In this document: one piece after another, positions 9,521 to 16,457 of the stretch | How positions within the stretch are numbered: position 1 is the stretch's first letter | Layout: each line of letters opens with the position of its first letter | From: a virus | Lineage: Duplodnaviria; Caudoviricetes | IMG/VR virus record: IMGVR_UViG_3300023314_000008 | Span: 1 to 28,249 of that record | Length of the DNA stretch: 28,249 nt | Direction: 5' to 3' (one strand) | The notes under the pieces: generated by a model | The model's input: the letters and a program-made list of their open reading frames with translations, nothing else | Database searches by the model: none | Told to the model about the DNA's origin: nothing | Program-made: the position numbers and the translations under genes

Positions 9521-11332
9521 ATGGCGACAGATCCAGCGGGAAACCAAATGAAGTTTGATGCTTCAAACCAACAACTTTTTATAAACCTTGGAGAAGAAGG
9601 GGAAAAACTTCTTGTTACTCCTGATGCAGATACGCTAATACCAAGGCTTTCTGTATTTCCATCCCTGAATGAAGCTATAGATTATTGTTATGATAACAGC
9701 TATAGATATCTAAACATAGATGTTGACTACTATTCGGCAACGCCAATATCATATAAGGCCAACAATGTTCTTTTTATTGGAAACGGAAGGATTGGCAGTA
9801 CCGATTTCAGAAGTTATTCTACAGAGACAGGTTCTTTTGGTGGATCATTGGAGGGACATATCAATAAGTTCAGAAAACTAAAACTTACCAGGCTTAAAAA
9901 CAACTCAAATCCATTTGTGATCGTTCTTTTTGGTGTCAGTATAGATATTGGTTATGATTTCCCAGGTCAATATTATGAAAGTGGCGTCGATCAGAGTAAT
10001 TCGACCAACTCATGGCCAGATTATTTTCTAGCTCTTTTAAGGGAATATTTTCCAGATAAAGACATCTTATTTTATAACCGAGCTATAGGTGGTGCATTAA
10101 CAGAAGATTACGACAACACGCTTTTATCATTGCCGAACAGTTCAAGGTTCAGGACGCCTGCAAATGAAAATCTTACGTGGCTACAGGAAATAGAAAGCCT
10201 CGAGCCTGATCTTTTGATCAACTCACTTGGAATGAATGATAGTGAAACATATATCCAGACTATGGATACCATCAATAATATTATAGCAACGTGGGCAAAA
10301 GTTCCGGAAACCGTAGTATTGACAACTCCAACGCCAAACTATACATCCGCCCAGGCATTCAGCTATAGATTGGCAAAATTCCATATACAGAGCTTCCAAA
10401 ATCTATTGGGTAGGCACACTAAACAATACCAGATAGATGTTGCAAGGCAGTACAATACAAAAGTTTTTGGAACAGACTTTAACGAACTTACATTAAAGCC
10501 CTCTGTTTTTGGGTATGCAATCGATCCGGTATTGAACGCTACCCCAATAGGACTTAACTCTTTCACTTTGGACAGTGCTACTTCTGGCGTTAAAATAAAT
10601 ACATGGAAGATAAGCAGGGATTTTGCGCTCAAATTTACCTTTAGCTATAGTGCTTCATTCAGTGTACTTAGAATTGGAAACGCACTGAACGGATGGTTTG
10701 ACATTACGCCTACACAGATCAAGGCAAAACCATTAAAAGATCTTACAATTGGTGAAGATATTGCTCCTTTTGCATTCGCTCCAGCTACAGATTTTGTTTT
10801 ATATCTTGAATTTACGATAAACCAGATGCGAGCATTTGTTGATGGAAAACTAATATGTATAGGAAAGCTACCGTATTGCCAATCATATCTATGGGAGATA
10901 TTTGAGGTTACCGGAAACACTGGCACCATAGCCATAAGCGACATTGAGCTTTTCGATGCAGAATATAGGCACTTTCAGCCATCATTTACACAGGCCGAGG
11001 TTTGGGGTGCTTTGCCTGAAAATGGAAATGCAATAAACCATCCGTCGGAGATTGGTCTTAAGGAGATCTATTTCCCACCGGTAAAAGAATTTGTTCAGGA
11101 TATGTACAAAGCGGTGTTTAATGACGCAGAAAGCGATTACATACCAATTATTGGCCAGGTAGCAGATGGCAATGGAGAAGTAGACCTTCATTTGATTTTT
11201 GGACTTCCGGAAAATCCAAAGTTTACTGTTTATGATGCCACGACGGGCGATAGCGTACCTGCTTCCTACAACAATATAAGCAAAATAATAAGCGGTCTAA
11301 ATCCTTCAAGTATTTACAATATATATTTTTAA
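9521..11332 (+). CDS. Tailspike/receptor-binding protein with an SGNH(GDSL)-hydrolase-like domain
   Basis: SGNH blocks IVLFGVSI (I), NRAIGG (II), SLGMND (III) and INHPS..G (V), with a beta-sandwich-like insertion before block V. Confidence 0.65.
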   Translation: MATDPAGNQMKFDASNQQLFINLGEEGEKLLVTPDADTLIPRLSVFPSLNEAIDYCYDNSYRYLNIDVDYYSATPISYKANNVLFIGNGRIGSTDFRSYSTETGSFGGSLEGHINKFRKLKLTRLKNNSNPFVIVLFGVSIDIGYDFPGQYYESGVDQSNSTNSWPDYFLALLREYFPDKDILFYNRAIGGALTEDYDNTLLSLPNSSRFRTPANENLTWLQEIESLEPDLLINSLGMNDSETYIQTMDTINNIIATWAKVPETVVLTTPTPNYTSAQAFSYRLAKFHIQSFQNLLGRHTKQYQIDVARQYNTKVFGTDFNELTLKPSVFGYAIDPVLNATPIGLNSFTLDSATSGVKINTWKISRDFALKFTFSYSASFSVLRIGNALNGWFDITPTQIKAKPLKDLTIGEDIAPFAFAPATDFVLYLEFTINQMRAFVDGKLICIGKLPYCQSYLWEIFEVTGNTGTIAISDIELFDAEYRHFQPSFTQAEVWGALPENGNAINHPSEIGLKEIYFPPVKEFVQDMYKAVFNDAESDYIPIIGQVADGNGEVDLHLIFGLPENPKFTVYDATTGDSVPASYNNISKIISGLNPSSIYNIYF

Positions 11333-11334
11333 CA

Positions 11335-12042
11335 ATGAAAAAAACAGCAATTACATTAGCATTTTTGTTTAGCATTTCGGTAGCTTTATGCCAGACAACG
11401 TACTCACTGAACTACCCCACCATATCTATGGGGATAAACTCTTCGTCAAGCGTAATATCTAAGGGTAAAATAACATCCAACAATGCAAGGCTTGGAGCTT
11501 GGAGTATGGGATCTTCATGGGCAAGATTTGGTCATAAAGATTTTGATGGTGGGATTGATTTCGGGTATTTACAAAATAGCAGTGGAGATATATATATTGC
11601 GGGTCATACAAACATCATAACTTCAGCAGTTGAGACAGAGATGCAGGGTCAGTTCAGGTTCCTAAATAAAGTTATTGTAGCACAGGCACCAGTAAGCCCA
11701 ACGGATGTAGTAAGGCTTACGGATTTATCCGCTTATTCTCCAGTAGCTTCAAACATAGCAATAGCAAATTCTAATTATACCGTTGCTTCTGGGGTTGATT
11801 TGGTGATTTGCGAAACATCTAGTGCATTTGATGTAACTCTATTGCCCGCATCATCAATGACAGGTAAGAAGATTACTATTAAAAACATTTCTGGGAGTAC
11901 CGTTACGGTAAAAACAAATGCAGGAGAGCTAACAATAAGAAATGCATCAGGCAATGTAAATGCTTTATCTCTTGCTGGTACTAGCTACGGAACAGGTCTT
12001 GTATTGATTTCAAATGGCACTAGTTATTACACTATTCCTTAA
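11335..12042 (+). CDS. Fibre-like protein with a predicted Sec signal peptide
   Basis: N-terminus MKKTAITLAFLFSISVALC/QT, an APVSPTDVVRLTDL neck-type motif and a C-terminal YT...D..I.C....F.VTL.PA...GK.I.IKN fibre-like domain. Confidence 0.6.
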   Translation: MKKTAITLAFLFSISVALCQTTYSLNYPTISMGINSSSSVISKGKITSNNARLGAWSMGSSWARFGHKDFDGGIDFGYLQNSSGDIYIAGHTNIITSAVETEMQGQFRFLNKVIVAQAPVSPTDVVRLTDLSAYSPVASNIAIANSNYTVASGVDLVICETSSAFDVTLLPASSMTGKKITIKNISGSTVTVKTNAGELTIRNASGNVNALSLAGTSYGTGLVLISNGTSYYTIP

Positions 12043-12054
12043 AAAATTTATACC

Positions 12055-12234
12055 ATGGAACAATATATACAAGACGATGAACCTACATTATGTGGAGGCT
12101 CTCAAAAACCAACAGGAAGGCCACCAGGGGCAGGTCCAGGAAAGTGGGTATGCAATGGCAATGCTAGTCAGGGTGAATGGGTGTGGGATGGAACTATCGT
12201 TACTTTGACCGATCAAAATGATGTTGCAGAATAA
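12055..12234 (+). CDS. Hypothetical 59-aa Pro/Gly/Trp/Cys-rich protein
   Basis: Hand translation MEQYIQDDEPTLCGGSQKPTGRPPGAGPGKWVCNGNASQGEWVWDGTIVTLTDQNDVAE. It fills the gap between neighbours without overlap. Confidence 0.55.
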   Translation: MEQYIQDDEPTLCGGSQKPTGRPPGAGPGKWVCNGNASQGEWVWDGTIVTLTDQNDVAE

Positions 12235-12268
12235 CATTTTTGGAACTATATTTGTTTAACTATTAATT

Positions 12269-12556
12269 ATGACTAGAGTGGCAGAACAAGAACTACAACA
12301 GAGTATAAAAAAATCAGAGTTCAGAAGCATGATCGCAACGGTGGCGAGTACGGCTACGGTTTTATGCGGAATGTTCTTTGGTGGACTTAAGATAGTAGAG
12401 GCTGTAAAGTATACTGTCAAAGTTGAAGTTATGGCCGAGATCAATGATAGATTGAACCAAGCCGATAAACAGCAGTTAATAAAGGATAATTCTCAGGACG
12501 CAGAAATCAGGGCTTTACAATCTGCTGTTAACGGCATCATGGTTCCAGATAAATAA
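12269..12556 (+). CDS. Membrane-anchored coiled-coil protein (possibly lysis-associated)
   Basis: One hydrophobic segment (MIATVASTATVLCGMFFGGL) followed by a coiled coil. Confidence 0.55.
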   Translation: MTRVAEQELQQSIKKSEFRSMIATVASTATVLCGMFFGGLKIVEAVKYTVKVEVMAEINDRLNQADKQQLIKDNSQDAEIRALQSAVNGIMVPDK

Positions 12557-12584
12557 AAACACTTTTCATAGGTCAAGTTTGGTT

Positions 12585-12615
12585 AGTCCGTTGCATAAAT
12601 GTAGCGGACTTTTTT
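12585..12615 (+). terminator. Rho-independent terminator at the end of the tail operon
   Basis: AGTCCGTTGCAT-AA-ATGTAGCGGACT followed by TTTTT. Confidence 0.8.
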
Positions 12616-12633
12616 GTTTAACGACAATGCTAC

Positions 12634-12665
12634 TTTGATTAATGGTTTATTTTTTGCTATATTTG
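12634..12665 (+). promoter_or_regulatory. Consensus Bacteroidota promoter
   Basis: TTTG (12634-37)-N20-TATATTTG (12658-65). Confidence 0.75.
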
Positions 12666-12667
12666 TG

Positions 12668-12744
12668 ATGCTTAACGGTTCGTCTGAACTCAAATCAGAT
12701 ATTTGAAAATCCTGCTTGTTTATTCGAGCGGGATTTCTTATTTT
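12668..12744 (+). ncRNA. Candidate ~75-nt small RNA
   Basis: Starts after the consensus promoter and ends in a 12-bp hairpin AAATCCTGCTTG/CGAGCGGGATTT plus a weak U tract. Only a 12-codon ORF lies inside. Confidence 0.45.
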
Positions 12745-12757
12745 AGCACTATTAAAA

Positions 12758-13028
12758 TATCAGTTCCACTTACAGAATACTGCATGACCGTTAAGCAAGT
12801 CAAACAAAAATTCGGGAAGTTTTTATTATCGGGTTGTACGAAAACAAATCCATGCAATGATTTTAAGCAATAGGCATCAACATGGTCGGGATATTCTGTA
12901 AAGAATAAAATACAACTTACCTCTAATCTGCAAGGGCAGGCACCGTGGGAATTGATAATTTAGGCTGAGTTAAACAGGCATTAGATACTATCATTAGATA
13001 GCTGTTTTTCAAATGGGACTTATCCCGT
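12758..13028 (+). ncRNA. Candidate multi-stem structured RNA
   Basis: Nested stems 12758-69/12945-57, 12770-79/12892-901 and 12781-86/12851-56; local hairpins 12988-13001 and 13013-28; no long ORF. Confidence 0.4.
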
Positions 13029-13062
13029 ATAAGCATTGCTATGATTAATTAAAACTATTTGC

Positions 13063-13070
13063 TACATTTG
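13063..13070 (+). promoter_or_regulatory. -7 promoter element of the lysis module
   Basis: TACATTTG, 4 nt before ATG 13075. Confidence 0.6.
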
Positions 13071-13074
13071 ATTT

Positions 13075-13245
13075 ATGAACGAACTAAGGGACAGGCTAAT
13101 GGAAAGCAAAAAGGTCAAGGTTGTAGCTTTGGTAGTATTCCTAGCTTGCTTGGCCCTTATCGAAAGAAAAGTAGAGCAATACAAATCGGAAGAACTTCGA
13201 TCGATAACAGTTGACGATTTTGCAAACCATTCAGAAATTAAATAA
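13075..13245 (+). CDS. Small single-TM protein (56 aa), holin/antiholin-like by position
   Basis: MNELRDRLMESKKVKVVALVVFLACLALIERK...; heads the lysis operon. Not in the ORF track. Confidence 0.5.
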   Translation: MNELRDRLMESKKVKVVALVVFLACLALIERKVEQYKSEELRSITVDDFANHSEIK

Positions 13246-13251
13246 TAAATT

Positions 13252-13314
13252 ATGGCAAAGTTTGAAATAGCCGAAGCAATAACAGGTCGTAATGAGGGGA
13301 TATTAGAAAAATAA
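13252..13314 (+). pseudogene. Orphaned 5' remnant of an endolysin gene (20 codons)
   Basis: MAKFEIAEAITGRNEG(ILEK*) aligns with 11/16 identity to the endolysin N-terminus MAKFEVAEKLTSINEG. Confidence 0.8.
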
Positions 13315-13318
13315 TCCT

Positions 13319-13326
13319 TATATTAG
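13319..13326 (+). promoter_or_regulatory. Putative -7 element for the HNH gene
   Basis: TATATTAG (one mismatch to consensus), 4 nt before ATG 13331. Confidence 0.4.
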
Positions 13327-13330
13327 CTTT

Positions 13331-13816
13331 ATGAAAAGAGAAGCAATATCAGGAAATAAAAATCCAAAGTATAAACATGGTGGTAAAGGCACTAGATTAT
13401 ACAATATTTGGAAAGGCATGAGGACAAGGTGTAATTCAAAGCATGCAGATAAATACCCTACTTATGCAGGCTCAGGATTAACAGTAAGCGATGAATGGCA
13501 AAATTCATTTGAAATGTTTAGGGATTGGGCTTTGTCTAACGGATACGGTCATGATTTGTCAATAGACAGAAAAGATACACTTAAAGGTTATTCTAAAGAA
13601 AATTGTAGATGGGCTACCGATTTAGTACAAAACAGAAATGCAAAAACTAATCGTATCTTTATAATTGATGGAGTAAGATTAACAATGTCTGAAGTTTGTG
13701 AAAAGTACAAGATAACTCAATCAAAACTATCGGCTAGAGTGAATAGGTTAAATTGGCCTATTGAAAAAGCAATATTAAATGTAAACTCAAAAAGAGGGAT
13801 TAATCAACATGGCTAA
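13331..13816 (+). CDS. Free-standing HNH homing endonuclease
   Basis: KHG...TRLYNIW.GM..RC......Y..YAG.G..V..EW..SF..F.DW...SIDR.D...GYS.ENCRWAT...Q.RN plus a C-terminal HTH-like tail. The stop overlaps the endolysin start. Confidence 0.85.
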   Translation: MKREAISGNKNPKYKHGGKGTRLYNIWKGMRTRCNSKHADKYPTYAGSGLTVSDEWQNSFEMFRDWALSNGYGHDLSIDRKDTLKGYSKENCRWATDLVQNRNAKTNRIFIIDGVRLTMSEVCEKYKITQSKLSARVNRLNWPIEKAILNVNSKRGINQHG

Positions 13817-14393
13817 ATTCGAGGTCGCTGAAAAATTAACTTCAATTAACGAAGGAGGGTGGGCGCATAACCCATCAGATACAGGCGGAGAAACTTATGC
13901 GGGTATTGCCCGTAACTATTGGCCTAAATGGGATGGATGGAAATATATTGATAAGTATAAATTATCGTATGCTAAATCTGACAAAAAAATGTCTTTGGCA
14001 AAATGGGTTAATTCATCTGCACTTGTATCAAGCGAACCAATTCATTTTATGGTTAGTGCATTCTATAAACAAAACTTTTGGGATGTAAACAAGTTGGATC
14101 TGATTAACGATCAACAATTAGCTAATACAGTTTACGACTTTGGCGTTAACTCTGGCACGGGTAGAAGCGCAAAGTTTTTACAATCATCTGTTAACTCAAC
14201 TTTTGCAACTTCGCTAAATGTAGACGGTCAGGTTGGCAACAAAACAATCGAAGCTGTTAATTCTCATGAAGCATCAATAATTTATAATGAGTTTAATAGA
14301 CGAAGAGAAGATTTTTATCGTTCAATAGCTAAAGGTAATCAAACTCAGTTCTTAAAATCATGGTTGAGCAGGTTAAAGCCCTACAAGAAATAA
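13809..14393 (+). CDS. Endolysin, glycoside hydrolase family 108 with a peptidoglycan-binding C-terminus
   Basis: NEGGWAHNPSDTGGETYAGI, FYK..FWD, YDFGVNSG, VDG.VG.KT, FLKSWLSRL. Confidence 0.92.
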   Translation: MAKFEVAEKLTSINEGGWAHNPSDTGGETYAGIARNYWPKWDGWKYIDKYKLSYAKSDKKMSLAKWVNSSALVSSEPIHFMVSAFYKQNFWDVNKLDLINDQQLANTVYDFGVNSGTGRSAKFLQSSVNSTFATSLNVDGQVGNKTIEAVNSHEASIIYNEFNRRREDFYRSIAKGNQTQFLKSWLSRLKPYKK

Positions 14394-14500
14394 TGCCCGA
14401 CGATTTTTACCTTTCGATCCGTCACCTTTCGAGTTTTAAGAACATATCCGAGTACGAAGTTTATCTAAAAAAAGAAATAGAGAAATGGCAAAAAAAGTAA
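14393..14500 (+). CDS. Possible 35-aa peptide
   Basis: TAATG-coupled to the endolysin and overlapping the next start. Confidence 0.3.
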   Translation: MPDDFYLSIRHLSSFKNISEYEVYLKKEIEKWQKK

Positions 14501-14754
14501 TAGTAAACGACAAAGTTTTACCTGTAGGAGAAACTAAAGTTGTATTTGGTTTAGGCCAATTAACAAATGAAACACCTAAATGGGTGAAGGACACTTTAAA
14601 GTTAACGATTGTAGTTACTTCGGTTCTTGCTATTTGGGTGAGTTCTACAAAACTTATCGGACCAACTGGTAAAGAGGAAATACAAAGCGCATTGGCTGCT
14701 TTAGATTTGCTTGTATTAGGTGTATCGCGTTTCTTTGGTATTGAAGCTAAGTAA
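14485..14754 (+). CDS. Putative holin
   Basis: 89 aa, TPKW followed by two hydrophobic segments, next to the endolysin. Confidence 0.55.
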   Translation: MAKKVIVNDKVLPVGETKVVFGLGQLTNETPKWVKDTLKLTIVVTSVLAIWVSSTKLIGPTGKEEIQSALAALDLLVLGVSRFFGIEAK

Positions 14755-14870
14755 TGATACATAAACCCAACCGGCCCGAAGCAAAGAACCCTCTCGGATG
14801 CCTGATATGGTTCGCCATTGCATTGATCGGATTGGCCGGCGTTATCTGCTACGGAATAGCAAACAGTTAA
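14754..14870 (+). CDS. 38-aa membrane peptide
   Basis: MIHKPNRPEAKNPLGCLIWFAIALIGLAGVICYGIANS; TAATG-coupled, with a clear TM segment. Confidence 0.5.
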   Translation: MIHKPNRPEAKNPLGCLIWFAIALIGLAGVICYGIANS

Positions 14871-14880
14871 ATAAATAATT

Positions 14881-15312
14881 ATGGCAAAGAAAACAGTATT
14901 AGGAAAAGTCTTAGAAGCAGTATTCAACCTGTTCAAATCAAATTGGCCGTCTTTCGTGGCTAAGCTTTATGATAAAGTACCAGATGACGTAAAGGCAAAA
15001 GTATCAATCGGAATTATGATTGTAGAGAATGTTAAAACATGGTTAGGTGGTGATACTGCAAAATTTATAACCCACGTTATACCTGGTGATTTAGACGAAA
15101 AAACAAGACTAGAAGCTATAGAAGTGTTAAAGAAAATATTAGATATAACTGATGATGTTATTGGTCAGGGTCAATTTATAAATTTCAATGGTGCTCCATC
15201 TCATATGATGGCGTCCGATATAAATAAGCATCTTACTGGACTTTCATTTGGTCAGTCAGCGTTAACAACTGAAGTAGTTTATCAGGGATTCAAAGCTGAA
15301 GGTAAACTTTAA
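14881..15312 (+). CDS. Hypothetical phage protein (last gene of the late operon)
   Basis: 143-aa ORF with an AT-rich leader and amphipathic N-terminus. Confidence 0.7.
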   Translation: MAKKTVLGKVLEAVFNLFKSNWPSFVAKLYDKVPDDVKAKVSIGIMIVENVKTWLGGDTAKFITHVIPGDLDEKTRLEAIEVLKKILDITDDVIGQGQFINFNGAPSHMMASDINKHLTGLSFGQSALTTEVVYQGFKAEGKL

Positions 15313-15363
15313 AAATATGCGAACCTAATTTATGCTATCATCGTGTTGAGTGTAAATTCTCTT

Positions 15364-15510
15364 TTAAATTAGCGGTATTATTATTTTTTGCAAGTAATCC
15401 ATTTTTAAAACTGAATGGTTATATTTTTTACGATGATTACTGAAAACCTCGAAAGTTTGTAATGCTAAATAATAATCAGCAGTTTTATTTAATATTTCGA
15501 TTAGATTCAT
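15364..15510 (-). CDS. Possible 48-aa protein
   Basis: Hand-translated ORF directly after the HNH stop. Confidence 0.3.
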   Translation of the reverse strand: MNLIEILNKTADYYLALQTFEVFSNHRKKYNHSVLKMDYLQKIIIPLI

Positions 15511-15519
15511 TTCTATATC

Positions 15520-15930
15520 TTAAATTGTTTCAAAGTAGAATACAACGGGTTTATTTGTTTCTTCAACCAACCCGTATCTTTTTGCGAACTTGTATTGGTT
15601 TGTATATGAATTTAGCGAATTAATAAACGCTCCAATAATCCTTCTAAATTCTTCAATTGAATGTGAACTCTTAAGTATGTTGCAACTTGCGCAAGCTGGG
15701 TTTTGATTATCAATATGTAATCGCTCTGGATGCTCCATTGCTTTTTCAGTTTTGTAGCAATGCTTAACATCGCACCAAATACGATTACCTATTTCGTCCT
15801 TTAGATATTTTTCATATCTCAATACAGGAAGTAACTCATCTACATGCCAACCTTTCATAAGTTCACAACCACAATAAGCACATTTACCGTTATACTTTTG
15901 GAATATTAATTGGCGTTCAGACTTCTTCAT
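15520..15930 (-). CDS. HNH endonuclease-family protein (CxxC...CxxCN), copy 1
   Basis: KYNGKCAYCG...WHVDE..P...NQNPACASCNILK. Confidence 0.85.
   Translation of the reverse strand: MKKSERQLIFQKYNGKCAYCGCELMKGWHVDELLPVLRYEKYLKDEIGNRIWCDVKHCYKTEKAMEHPERLHIDNQNPACASCNILKSSHSIEEFRRIIGAFINSLNSYTNQYKFAKRYGLVEETNKPVVFYFETI
15716..15930 (-). repeat. Inverted repeat arm, matching 28035..28249
   Basis: 208/215 nt identical by manual comparison. The partner is truncated by the window end. Confidence 0.95.
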
Positions 15931-16052
15931 TTCTTAAATCTAGTTGAGTAAAAAGTTCCTGTTAAATATCCATCGAACTTTGTGTTGATGGTTTGTCGAA
16001 TGGCTTTCATAGCCTTATCGATTTGGTTGGATCTGAATTGGGAGTTGGTCAT
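15927..16052 (-). CDS. Hypothetical 41-aa protein
   Basis: ATGA overlaps with neighbours at both ends. Confidence 0.45.
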   Translation of the reverse strand: MTNSQFRSNQIDKAMKAIRQTINTKFDGYLTGTFYSTRFKK

Positions 16053-16267
16053 TGTGCAACTAATCTATCGGTTAAACACTTTATTGAGCAAAAATGAATG
16101 TCAGTATGTTTATCCATTGAATTCAGCATTGCGCTTTCCAATTTATTGGTTATTTTTAATGAATGTCCGTCTACTGAACCGATTCCAATCCATCCAATAG
16201 GTAGATCGTTATTTACGGAGAATGATTTACATCCATGTCCGTCACAATGGTATTCTATTTTCTTCAT
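16049..16267 (-). CDS. Small zinc-finger protein
   Basis: CDGHGC ... GW ... HFCSIKCL. Confidence 0.65.
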   Translation of the reverse strand: MKKIEYHCDGHGCKSFSVNNDLPIGWIGIGSVDGHSLKITNKLESAMLNSMDKHTDIHFCSIKCLTDRLVAQ

Positions 16268-16268
16268 T

Positions 16269-16457
16269 TCAATCTGTTTTTAGGGGTGGGGTTAACTTTT
16301 CAATATCCTCATCATTTATTTTATTAATTGCCTTTACAGACCAAGAAAACCTTTCGTTATCTCTGTAATGAATTGATGTCCTATCGTAATACTCAGCATT
16401 AACTTTATCAAGAGCCTTTTTTCTTCTTAACTGAATTTCTTCAACGGTATTTTCCAT
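16269..16457 (-). CDS. Hypothetical protein
   Basis: Tightly packed in the minus operon. Confidence 0.6.
   Translation of the reverse strand: MENTVEEIQLRRKKALDKVNAEYYDRTSIHYRDNERFSWSVKAINKINDEDIEKLTPPLKTD

Noticed and set aside
8405-12444. Minus-strand ORFs over tail-tip genes and the plus ORF 12014-12208
   Set aside because: Shadows. The 12014 ORF overlaps the previous gene, and the non-overlapping 12055-12234 frame fits better.
12668-12706. 12-codon leader peptide MLNGSSELKSDI
   Set aside because: The ATG is only 2 nt from the -7 element, likely at or before the TSS, and there is no regulatory codon run. Kept only as part of the sRNA candidate.
12808-12935. Group I intron P/Q-like strings (AATTCGGGAA, AATCTGCAAG)
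   Set aside because: They do not pair as P4, no R/S elements were found, and no interrupted gene flanks them.
13300-13856. Group I intron or intein interrupting the endolysin
   Set aside because: Only ~30 nt of non-coding sequence flank the HNH, there is no P7 (R/S) core, and the downstream lysin is complete with its own start, so no splicing is needed.
13897-16283. ORFs 13897-14088, 14436-14936(-), 15982-16200(+), 16098-16283(+)
   Set aside because: They overlap better-supported genes in other frames or on the other strand.
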